A stretch of 64,000 nucleotides of DNA from contig JBGANV010000002.1 of NCBI GenBank assembly GCA_044222185.1, forward strand, positions 256,001 through 320,000, given 5' to 3'. The notes below the pieces were generated by a model. It was not told the origin of the DNA. It ran no database searches and saw only the letters and a program-made list of their open reading frames with translations. Numbering within the stretch: position 1 is the first letter of the stretch; the number at the start of each line of letters is the position of its first letter. Both the position numbers and the translations under genes were made by a program. Shown here piece after piece: positions 1 to 8,560 of the stretch. This DNA is from Planctomycetota bacterium (GTDB taxonomy: Bacteria > Planctomycetota > GCA-002687715 > CAIWVZ01).

Positions 1-2
1 GG

Positions 3-1376
3 CGCGCCGCCGGCATCGTCGACGTCACGGAGGGCGACGCCCGCTCCGAGGTCACGCTGCCCTCGCGGGTCGACGTCACGGTACAGATCACGATCGACGG
101 AGCGAGCCGCCTCCCCGAAGCGTTCTCGCTGATCACGCCGCGGGCGACGCACGGCCCGATCGTCGAGATCCCCGATGAAGGCGAGCTGCGTTTCTCGCTG
201 TGGCCTCCCGACGGTGAGGCGTTCGCGGACGTCATCGTCATCGGACGGAGCGTCTGGCCGGAAGAGTCGGCGCGAGTGTTCGTGGGGAGCGGCGCCCGCG
301 ACGCCACGTTGAGCGTCACGATGCACGCCGCGTGGCCGATCCTCGTCGAGGTCACTCCGCCCGACGACGAGTGGTTCTCGCTGGCGATCGAGCGCTTCCA
401 GGAGCCGCTCGGCCGCTGGTTCGCAGACCTGGGCACCGTGGGCCGCAAGGTCGGCGCCAACCTGTACGCATTCGAGCTGGTGCAGGAGCGGCGGTTGCGA
501 ATCGTCGACCGGGAGACCGGGTGGCGAAGCCCGGAGTTCGAGGTGACGAACGAGCCCGCGACGCGACGCATCCACGTCGATCTGCGCGGCGCTGGCTGGA
601 TCCGAGGAGTCGTCGACGTTCCGCCAGGAGCGGCGCCCGGGCTCGCCGTCGTGGAAGTCGAGCGCGACGGCGAGGCCGTACCGGTGCTCACACCCGTGAG
701 CGACGATGGGACGTTCCAGGTCCGTGCTGGCCGTGACCAGCGCGTGCGACTCACGGCGAAGCACGTCGCGCTCGCGCCCGACGGCGAACGCGCCACGGCC
801 TTGGTCAGCGGCCCGGTCCAGGGCGTGCGATTGCGTCTCGTTCGAGGCGTGACGGTGCTGGGACGATTCGCCACGCGGCCTGGCTTCGCCGGCGAGGGAA
901 TCACGGTCCTGGCATTTCGGGACGAAAGCCAGGAGGCGACGGTCGCGCTCACCGTCCGGCCCGACGTCGATGGCGCGTTCCGTTTCGGGGGCCTCGCGCC
1001 GGGGCGGTGGCGGTTGTGGTTCGACGCGCCGTTCGCCGCGCCCGTGAGCGTGGGCCCGCTCGACGTGTCGGAGCCTGTGCTCGACCTGGGCGAGCTTTCG
1101 CCCCCGGCAGGCGCCACGTTGACCGTGACGCCCGACCGGCCCGGCGATCAGCCCATCCCCGCGTTCGACGTCGTCGCACGATCGAAGTCCGTTCCCGTCT
1201 ACGAACGGAGGGCCACTTCGGTGGCTGGATCACCAGTCACCGTGCAGGGGCTGGGGCCAGGCACCTTCGAGATCACCCTTCGAACGGCTCGGAACACACT
1301 CATCCCCAAGTCCCAGCGAGCCGTCCTCGAGTGCGACGGGAGAGCCCCCCTTCGAATCGTGTTCGAAATGCGCTGA
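3..1376 (+). CDS. Carboxypeptidase-regulatory-like (prealbumin/transthyretin-fold) repeat protein, 5' partial
   Basis: The frame of ORF 276..1376 stays open back to position 3, so the gene starts before the window. It has repeated beta-sandwich motifs such as 'DDGTFQV', 'DVDGAFRFGGLAPGRWRL' and 'VQGLGPGTFEI'. Confidence 0.65.
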   Translation, partial: RAAGIVDVTEGDARSEVTLPSRVDVTVQITIDGASRLPEAFSLITPRATHGPIVEIPDEGELRFSLWPPDGEAFADVIVIGRSVWPEESARVFVGSGARDATLSVTMHAAWPILVEVTPPDDEWFSLAIERFQEPLGRWFADLGTVGRKVGANLYAFELVQERRLRIVDRETGWRSPEFEVTNEPATRRIHVDLRGAGWIRGVVDVPPGAAPGLAVVEVERDGEAVPVLTPVSDDGTFQVRAGRDQRVRLTAKHVALAPDGERATALVSGPVQGVRLRLVRGVTVLGRFATRPGFAGEGITVLAFRDESQEATVALTVRPDVDGAFRFGGLAPGRWRLWFDAPFAAPVSVGPLDVSEPVLDLGELSPPAGATLTVTPDRPGDQPIPAFDVVARSKSVPVYERRATSVAGSPVTVQGLGPGTFEITLRTARNTLIPKSQRAVLECDGRAPLRIVFEMR

Positions 1377-1452
1377 CTCCACCGCGCGCCCGGATCCGGC
1401 ATATGATCCACCGCGGCCGAATCCCGGCTTCGGCACGCAATCAGGGAGGCGA

Positions 1453-1943
1453 GTGAGAGCTCTCGAAGGGCGGTTGATCCTGTTGATCGCAGCGGCGCTC
1501 GCAGCGGGGACGTCCGCCGTCCGACTCGCGACACGCTGGGATTCACGAGACGTGAGCGCGATCCAGGCGAGTCTCCTCCGGACGGATGAGGAGCGCACGA
1601 ACAGCACCCTGCCCGCGTACGCCGTGCTGAGACGCGCCGTGCCAGACCACGGAACCGTGGTCGTCGTGATGGACCTCGATCCGGTGCAGATCAGGGACGG
1701 CGCCATGCTGCGGAGCGCGTCGTTCCCGCGGCGGTTCATCCCGTTCGTTCCCGGCGTCGTCAACTCGCCCCTGGGCATCCTCGGCAGCGAGGCGCAGCTC
1801 GAGCCGTTCCTCTCCCGAGCCTCTCCCGAGCCTTCTATGCGTTCGTCCTCGCCACGACCCCGCCGGCGTGGGTGAAGGCGGGGACGCCCGTCGCGACCGG
1901 TGACGGGTTCACGCTCTGGCGGATCGAGAGGCCCGGACGATGA
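1453..1943 (+). pseudogene. Membrane-anchored hypothetical protein frameshifted by an 11-bp tandem duplication (or an assembly artefact)
   Basis: There is an N-terminal hydrophobic helix and a GGGAGG RBS. CTCTCCCGAGC is duplicated at 1810-1831. Removing one copy extends the frame to TGA at 1941-1943, which overlaps the next ATG (ATGA). Confidence 0.6.
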
Positions 1944-3373
1944 TCGGCGAAGGTCTCTCGCTCGTCGTCGCCCTCGTCCTGCCGTGGGTGCTCGGAATCG
2001 CATCCGTCACCACGCTCGGCTTCCACATCAGAAGAGACGGGCCAACCGTCCTGGCCTGGGGATGGCTCGGCGGGATGTTCCTCGTGGCCGTCCTCACGTT
2101 TCTCGCGCTGGTGCTCAGGGTCCCGCTCGCGGTTCTGCCGTGGAGTGTCGCCGCCGTCTCCGCCGGACTGGCGGCGCCGCAGGTCATCGCAGCGATGCGC
2201 CGACGACGCGATGGACCGCAGCCGTGGACCGCGCCGCGAGCAGGCCTCGCCTATCTCGCGGGGATCGCCGTGGCGCTCATCCCCCTTCTCCACGGGATTC
2301 TCGTCACGAACGCCATCCCTGCAGTCGACGGGGATGCGGCCTTCATCTGGGCGGCGAAAGCCAAGCTCCTCTACCTCGAAGGTGGATTCACGGATCGTGT
2401 CGGCGAGCGCCTGGCATTCGCATCACGAATGATGCTGGACGTCGAGCATGCCGACTACCCCATGCTCCATCCGCTGAACCAGGTCTGGTTCTTCGCGTCA
2501 TGTGGAGACATCCGACTCTGTGACGCACGACTGCCGTCGCAGCTCGCCGGACTCGCGGCGGTCCTCGCCACGATCGGTGCCGTTCGCCGCGTCGCCGGGC
2601 GACTGCTTGCCGTGTTGATCGGGCTCGTGGTAGCCGCCGGTCTCACGAGGGCAACGGCGGCCGCCGACGGGATGGCGGACGGAATCGTGGGGTTCTGCTT
2701 CCTCGTCGCCGTTGACTGCGCGTGCCGCCACGTGGAATCTGGCGAAGTGCGCTGGTGGCGTCTGATGAACGTGGCGCTCGCATCATTGCTGTGGACGAAG
2801 AACGAGGGGGTGCTCCTCTCCGTGGCGCTGGTTAGCGGACTCGTGCTCGCCGCCGCACTGCGGAGGGTCCCATGGCGCGCACTCCGGCCTGCCCGGCGGA
2901 CTGAACTTCTTTGGGGCTCGCTCCTGGTGGTGGGACCGACCATCACCCTGTGGTTCACGACGCGCTACGGACTCGCCAACGACATGTTGCACGCGCCGTC
3001 GACGGGGAAGTCCTTCGTCGCGGCAGTGCCGGAGCACCTCGCAGACCGTGGCCCGGCCGTCCTGTCCTGGTTCGTTCGAAACGTGGTGCTCGACGTCGAG
3101 AACGTCTCCGGGATCTTCGCCGTGTGGCTGATCGGCACCGCCGTCTTCGCGCGTCGGGCCTGGACTGGCACGAGCTTCGTCGTGACGACGACCGCGCTCG
3201 CCGCGGCCGCGGGCATCGCGCTGGTGTTCATCGGAACTCCGCACTCCCTCACCTGGCACCTCGAGACTGCTGGCCTCCGGGTATGGAGCCAATCCCTCGG
3301 TGTCGTCGGCCTGGCCTTGGGTCTGCTGGCCGGCCCACCGCCATCGGCCAGCCGCCCCAACGCCCGCCCGTGA
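1940..3373 (+). CDS. Polytopic membrane protein, GT-C (ArnT/PMT-like) glycosyltransferase-type
   Basis: 477 aa with many TM helices. Motifs 'DAAFIWAAKAK', 'HADYP' and 'WTKNEG' are typical of GT-C-like membrane proteins. Confidence 0.6.
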   Translation: MIGEGLSLVVALVLPWVLGIASVTTLGFHIRRDGPTVLAWGWLGGMFLVAVLTFLALVLRVPLAVLPWSVAAVSAGLAAPQVIAAMRRRRDGPQPWTAPRAGLAYLAGIAVALIPLLHGILVTNAIPAVDGDAAFIWAAKAKLLYLEGGFTDRVGERLAFASRMMLDVEHADYPMLHPLNQVWFFASCGDIRLCDARLPSQLAGLAAVLATIGAVRRVAGRLLAVLIGLVVAAGLTRATAAADGMADGIVGFCFLVAVDCACRHVESGEVRWWRLMNVALASLLWTKNEGVLLSVALVSGLVLAAALRRVPWRALRPARRTELLWGSLLVVGPTITLWFTTRYGLANDMLHAPSTGKSFVAAVPEHLADRGPAVLSWFVRNVVLDVENVSGIFAVWLIGTAVFARRAWTGTSFVVTTTALAAAAGIALVFIGTPHSLTWHLETAGLRVWSQSLGVVGLALGLLAGPPPSASRPNARP

Positions 3374-3454
3374 CAGCCCCGGTGCCGAACGCCGATCGCC
3401 CTGCCGAACGGGCGAGAGAAAGAAACGGAGAGAGCGTGCGCACGAAGGGGTGAA

Positions 3455-3707
3455 GAAGCCCCACGTCCTCCGCCGTCCCCGGCGCGGACTGGCCGGACCG
3501 CCGCGCGCCTCGCGCGGTCCAACCGGCATGGGTTGCCGGCGCGTTCGAGATCACTGACCCTCGTTTGATCCTCGAAGCTCTGACCCCCGTGGACATCCCC
3601 CGCCGCGCTCGGTCCTCTCCCCCGCCTTGCGCGCGCTGCGGTGGAGCCGCGGTCCGGCGGTCGCGGCCCGCCCGCCGCCGGCGCCGAGCGGGTGGACGGG
3701 CGCTCCG
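3455..3707. repeat. Diverged REPIN-like element, related to the 44.6-kb repeat
   Basis: 'gtcctccgccgtccccggcgcggactggccgg...ccaaccggcat...cgagatcactg...tgatcctcgaa...ggcgctcc' aligns by eye with 44583-44770. Confidence 0.55.
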
Positions 3708-3777
3708 TCCGCTCCGGACCCGCTGATTTCGCGTCGACCACTCGGACGGCGGCCAACGCCGCGTACCCTGCTCGGTC

Positions 3778-5187
3778 GTGAACGAGCGCCAGAGCGAGAT
3801 CATCGTCGTGGGAGCAGGGGCCGCAGGCCTCATGGCCGCCCTGGCCGCGCGCGGGGCCGTGGACGATCACGGCCGCTCCCAAACGCCGGCGGCCGATGGG
3901 CCGTCCGTCATCGCACTGGACGCGTCGTCGAAACTCGGGTTGAAGATCCTCGTCTCGGGCGGGGGTCGATGCAACGTTGCCAATGAGCGCGCGGACGAGC
4001 GCGACTTCGAGACCGACACTCCGCATCTTCTGCGCGGCTACCTCGCCGGCTTCGACGTCCAGGCCGTCCAGACGTACTTCGAGTCGCGCGGCTGCCCCCT
4101 CTACGCCGAACCTCTCGGGAAGCTCTTTCCACGCAGCGACGACGCGGCCGACGTGCTGGGCACCCTCTTGAACGCCTGCCGCGACGCCGGTGTCGACATC
4201 CGCACGGGCGCCGACGTCACGGAGATCACCGCCCACGATGCCGGCTGGCGCGTCGCGACGGCCGAAGGTCCGACGTTCCAAACCAGTCGTGTGATCGTGG
4301 CCACGGGCGGCAAGAGTCTGCCGAAAACGGGCTCACGCGGATTCGGATTCGAACTCGCGCGCCGCGTGGGTCACAAGATCGTGCCGCCGCTGCCTGCACT
4401 CACACCGCTCCTGTTCGACGAGGAGTCGCCGTTCTCGGATCTCGCGGGTGTGACGCACCCCGTGATCCTCACGCTGGTGCCTCGCACGATCACCATCGAA
4501 CAGGCCGCCGGCAAGAAGTTCAGACCGATGGCGCGCGCGGCAGGCAGTTGCCTCTTCACGCACCAGGGCGCAAGCGGGCCTGCGGCGCTCGACGTCAGCG
4601 GCGTCGCCGGAAGAGCGCTCCACGAGAAGCAGGACGTCGTCCTCCGCGCCGATGTCTGGTCGCTCACGCACCCGTCGGGAGCCTTCGCTCCGTTCCTCGA
4701 ACTCCCCAAACCGCCCGGAGCATCGCTGGCTGCCGCCGACGTTCCTCGCACGCCCACATTCGAGGAGTTCATCGCCGACGCGCGCAAGGAGGCCTTCGCC
4801 GGGTACCGCCAGCTCGGCAACGTGATCGCCCAGCGCGCCCCGAAGTCCCTCGTGGATGCGCTGCTCACGGAGGCCGGGGTGGATCCTGAACGTCCCGCGA
4901 AGTCGGCCACGCTCCACGATTGGCGCCGCACGCACGCGGCGCTCACGTTCTGCGACGTGCGCTTCGTGGGAACCGACGGCTACGAGAAGGCCGAGGTCAC
5001 GAGCGGCGGTGTTCCCCTGTCCGAACTGCGCCGCGGGACCCTCGAGAGCCGCCATGCACGGGGCCTCTTCTTCTGCGGTGAAGTCGTCAACGTCACGGGC
5101 CGGCTCGGCGGGTTCAACTTCCAGTGGGCGTGGTCGAGCGGGTTTGCCGCGGGCCGCGGTGCCGCGCAGCCGTCGCCGCCAGTGTGA
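3778..5187 (+). CDS. HI0933/BaiN/YhiN-family flavoprotein (NAD(P)/FAD-dependent oxidoreductase)
   Basis: GAGAAG dinucleotide motif, 'KILVSGGGRCNVAN', 'ATGGKSLPKTGSRG', 'AEVTSGGV' and 'GRLGGFNFQWAWSSG'. Confidence 0.92.
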   Translation: MNERQSEIIVVGAGAAGLMAALAARGAVDDHGRSQTPAADGPSVIALDASSKLGLKILVSGGGRCNVANERADERDFETDTPHLLRGYLAGFDVQAVQTYFESRGCPLYAEPLGKLFPRSDDAADVLGTLLNACRDAGVDIRTGADVTEITAHDAGWRVATAEGPTFQTSRVIVATGGKSLPKTGSRGFGFELARRVGHKIVPPLPALTPLLFDEESPFSDLAGVTHPVILTLVPRTITIEQAAGKKFRPMARAAGSCLFTHQGASGPAALDVSGVAGRALHEKQDVVLRADVWSLTHPSGAFAPFLELPKPPGASLAAADVPRTPTFEEFIADARKEAFAGYRQLGNVIAQRAPKSLVDALLTEAGVDPERPAKSATLHDWRRTHAALTFCDVRFVGTDGYEKAEVTSGGVPLSELRRGTLESRHARGLFFCGEVVNVTGRLGGFNFQWAWSSGFAAGRGAAQPSPPV

Positions 5188-5206
5188 CTCGGCGGACGAC
5201 CGCCGC

Positions 5207-7000
5207 CTAACGCAACGCCTTCCTCACCGCCTCGAGGAGCGTCGCCCGTTCGCGCAGCGGCGCCGAACACGCGTCCATCGTGCAGACGTAGGCCGCCGCG
5301 TCAGTCGCATCGCCACCCTCGGGCGGCCGGCGATCGATGAGAACGCGGGGATCACCGAGGCCGCGCAGGGCGGCGACGAGCCCGTCCGCCGCTGCATCGC
5401 CGGACGGGCCGGCGATCGCCACGTGCACCCACGGATCGAGAAGCTCGTCCAGCCCCAAGAGGTATTCGCCCACGAAACGCCCTTCCTCCTGCCAGATCCT
5501 GTCGGCTGCGAACGCCCGCAGGCAGCGCTCGCCTGCTGCCTGGAGCTGCTCGTCGTTCGTCATGCGACCGAGCCTGACGAGAAACCGGGCAGCCACTGCG
5601 TTCGGAATCAACGGGCGGCGCCGCAGCGCCAGGGATCCGACGGCGGCGGGATCGACCGTGCTCGCGAAGAACGCGCCGGTCTGCAGATCGAGGAAGCTCG
5701 TGACGAGGACGGCGGCGAGGCGTTGCGAACGCGCAAGCCATACCGAGTCGCCCGTGCTTTCGTACAGGCGCAGAAGCGCACGGCCCATCCACGCCTGGTC
5801 GGCGAGGTGCAGGACGCCAGAGCTTCGGTCCGATCCGTGATTGAATCCCCCGCCGACGGCAGCGTGCGAAACGATCACCCGTTCGGCCGCCCGGAGCGCG
5901 ATCGCCCGATACGCAGCGTCGGCCGTGGCGTCGAAGAGCCGCGCATACGCGTGGATCAGCTGCCCGTTGGCGTCCGCGTAGACGTGCTCGTCGACGCGCG
6001 GGATCCCGCGCCGCCGCCGCTCCTCCGCGTTCAACGCGTAGTACGTGTGGCCATCGACGAACGGACGCGTATCGCCGGGATGTGCGCCCACATCCGCGTC
6101 CTGGGTGACGTAGAAAGTCCCATCCGGCGCCGTGAGGAACGCCGCGACGTAACGGTGGATGTCTCGCGCCCGCGCGAGCCACACGGGGGTCCTCGTCGCC
6201 TGGAAGGCGTCGGCGAGGTTCTGGAGAGCTCCCGCCTGGATGCTCGCGAGCTTCTCGAAGTGCGGGTGGTCCCAGTCATCGGGAACCGAGTATTGATACA
6301 TGCCCCCAAAGACCGGGTCGATGAGCTTCGTCTCGGCGGTGAGCGTATCCAGCGCACGCCGGCGATCTGATTTCGACGAGGTCACGGCCCGCCAGAACAC
6401 CTCCTCGATCGGCGCAGGGAGCGGGTACTTCTGAGTCCGACCCCAACCGGCAAGGCGATCGTCGAAGAGCGAGTCCAATCTCGCGGCGACGCGGTCGCGC
6501 ACGGCGGCAAGATCCGCCTTGGGATCGACGGCGGGGCGGAGCGGATCCTGACGTCCACTCAGCTTCCCCTGATCGAGGTCGCGCACGACGCCTTGCAGGA
6601 GCTTCAGGAACACGTCCGGCTCCTGGAACCCGCGCCGCTCCGTCACCGGCTTCGCATCCGGCGTGAGGATCGCGTCCGCCGGCCACCCCCAATCGGCATA
6701 GCGCTCGGCGACGTCGGGGCGCGCGTCCGCGTCCACGCGGACGGCCATGAACCGCTCGTTCAGAAGTCGCGCCACGTCTGCCTGGGCGAAGGTGCGCTCA
6801 TCCATGACGTGGCACCAGTGACACCAGGCCGCCGCCACGTTCACGAGGATGGGACGGTTCTCCGCCTTGGCGCGGGCGAAGGTTTCGGCGCTCCATTCAT
6901 GCCACGAAACGACCGGGCTCACGGTCGGAGCCTGGGCCGTCCCCGGCACCAGTGCCGCACCGAGACAAACGACGAATCGCAAGAGCTGAGTCGGCTTCAT
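5207..7000 (-). CDS. DUF255/YyaL (SPATA20-like) thioredoxin plus six-hairpin glycosidase-like protein with signal peptide
   Basis: 'WCHWCHVMDERTF', 'RPDVAERY..WGWP', 'WDHPHFEKL' and C-terminal 'AYVCTMDACSAP'; N-terminal signal peptide. Confidence 0.88.
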   Translation of the reverse strand: MKPTQLLRFVVCLGAALVPGTAQAPTVSPVVSWHEWSAETFARAKAENRPILVNVAAAWCHWCHVMDERTFAQADVARLLNERFMAVRVDADARPDVAERYADWGWPADAILTPDAKPVTERRGFQEPDVFLKLLQGVVRDLDQGKLSGRQDPLRPAVDPKADLAAVRDRVAARLDSLFDDRLAGWGRTQKYPLPAPIEEVFWRAVTSSKSDRRRALDTLTAETKLIDPVFGGMYQYSVPDDWDHPHFEKLASIQAGALQNLADAFQATRTPVWLARARDIHRYVAAFLTAPDGTFYVTQDADVGAHPGDTRPFVDGHTYYALNAEERRRRGIPRVDEHVYADANGQLIHAYARLFDATADAAYRAIALRAAERVIVSHAAVGGGFNHGSDRSSGVLHLADQAWMGRALLRLYESTGDSVWLARSQRLAAVLVTSFLDLQTGAFFASTVDPAAVGSLALRRRPLIPNAVAARFLVRLGRMTNDEQLQAAGERCLRAFAADRIWQEEGRFVGEYLLGLDELLDPWVHVAIAGPSGDAAADGLVAALRGLGDPRVLIDRRPPEGGDATDAAAYVCTMDACSAPLRERATLLEAVRKALR

Positions 7001-7181
7001 TGGACGTGAATCCCAACGAAAACACTACGCCTCCGTCGGCTGATTGGATTCTTCGCACTCCGACTACCGAAGCCCTACTGCTGCAACGCAGGGCGTCCGG
7101 TTAGATAATGAGCCCGCATGGAGGATCCCGCCCCCCGGACTACCGGCTGGCGGATTCGCCGCGCGGGAACGAGAATCAGCC

Positions 7182-8312
7182 ATGAAACCTTTCACGCGTG
7201 AAGACCTGCAGAACCTCCTCGCCAAGCATGCACAGCCTTGCGTGTCGATCCTCCTGCCCATGCAGCGACACGCGCCTGCATCGCACGAAAACCAGATCCG
7301 CTTCAAGAAGGCCGTGAAGACGGTGGAGGCGGCGCTCGCGCAGAAGCCGGAATACAAGGCCGGGGCGCCGGAGATCCTCACGAAGCTCGCCACGCTCGAT
7401 CGGGACGAAACGTGGGCACAGAACCGTGACGCCCTGGCGGTCTACTGCAGCCCCGAGTTCCTCGCGTGGTGGACCTTCGCCGAGACGATGCCGGAGACGG
7501 TGGCCGTTTCCGATTCCTTCTTCACCAAGCCGTTGCTCAAGTACCTCCAGGGCGAGGTGCGCTACTACGTGCTCGCCCTGACGAAGGACAACGTCACGCT
7601 GTTCGAAGGCGGACGCGAGTCCCTCGATCCCGTGCACGTCCCAGGGATGCCCCGCGGGATGCGCGAACTCGAGAGCAAGGCACACGGTCAGGGCGTGGCC
7701 GTCCGCTCCACCTCGGGACATGGGACGGTGCACTTCGGGACCAGCGGCAGCGAGGACGACGGCAAGCAGGACCTCCGGGCCATGTTCCGCCTGGTCGATC
7801 GCGCGCTCCTACCGCTCACGCATGATCAACGTGTTCCGCTGATCCTGGCCACGTTCGATCACTATCACGGCCTCTTCCACGAGGTTTCGAAGAACCCGGC
7901 CCTCCTCGACGAACGCATCGAGGGCGACCCTGAGCGGATGTCGCGTGAACAGATTCGCGACCGCGCGCTCGCGATGCTGACCCCGCGCCGCACGGAAGCG
8001 CTGAAGGCCGTCGCCGAGGCCTACGGCGTGGCGGTCGCGAGGCATCGGGGGACGAACTACCTGCCCAACATCGCGAAGGCGGCCACGCAGGGTCGGGTCC
8101 AGACGATGCTGATCGAGGACGGACGCCACGTGCCGGGCCGACTCGATCGGGCAACGGGCGATGTGTCGTCGCCGCGAACGGCCGAGGACGCGAGCACCGA
8201 CCTCCTCGATGACGTGGCCGAGCTGGTGCTCGCCGCCGGCGGAAATGTCTACGTCCTGCCGAAGAGCCTGATGCCGACGGACGTCGGCGCCGCGGCGATC
8301 TACCGCTACTGA
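7182..8312 (+). CDS. baeRF3-family (aeRF1/Pelota-like, Balon-like) ribosome-associated factor
   Basis: 'PCVSILLPMQRHAP...QIRFK', 'YYVLAL', 'AATQGRVQTMLI', 'DLLDDVAELVLAAGGNV' and C-terminal 'AAIYRY'. Start set at ATG 7182. Confidence 0.82.
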   Translation: MKPFTREDLQNLLAKHAQPCVSILLPMQRHAPASHENQIRFKKAVKTVEAALAQKPEYKAGAPEILTKLATLDRDETWAQNRDALAVYCSPEFLAWWTFAETMPETVAVSDSFFTKPLLKYLQGEVRYYVLALTKDNVTLFEGGRESLDPVHVPGMPRGMRELESKAHGQGVAVRSTSGHGTVHFGTSGSEDDGKQDLRAMFRLVDRALLPLTHDQRVPLILATFDHYHGLFHEVSKNPALLDERIEGDPERMSREQIRDRALAMLTPRRTEALKAVAEAYGVAVARHRGTNYLPNIAKAATQGRVQTMLIEDGRHVPGRLDRATGDVSSPRTAEDASTDLLDDVAELVLAAGGNVYVLPKSLMPTDVGAAAIYRY

Positions 8313-8320
8313 ACCGAGGC

Positions 8321-8343
8321 GTCCCGACGCGCGGGACTCTTTT
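8321..8343 (+). terminator. Putative intrinsic terminator after the baeRF3 gene
   Basis: Hairpin GTCCCG-acgcg-CGGGAC followed by TCTTTT, 9 bp after the stop codon. Confidence 0.45.
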
Positions 8344-8560
8344 GCGGATCACGACTTAGAGCTGAGTCGCCCCGACGGCTCGGGAGTCCGGGCGGCGATG
8401 CCGTCCCCCCCGGTGAGTCACGCCGCCGGGGCCGGGACGCCCCACGAGCCGGGGCTGACATTGCGCTTGGCGGGGAGGATATACTCCTCAGCTCACCATT
8501 CCCCCCGGGTTCACCCACTCCGCAAAACCCAGTTCCCACGTTTGAAGGAGCCACCTCTCC

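Noticed and set aside
8455-8485. Sigma-70-like promoter (CTGACA-N19-TATACT) upstream of 8561
   Set aside because: The spacing is non-canonical and the -35 element is weak, so it cannot be supported from sequence alone.
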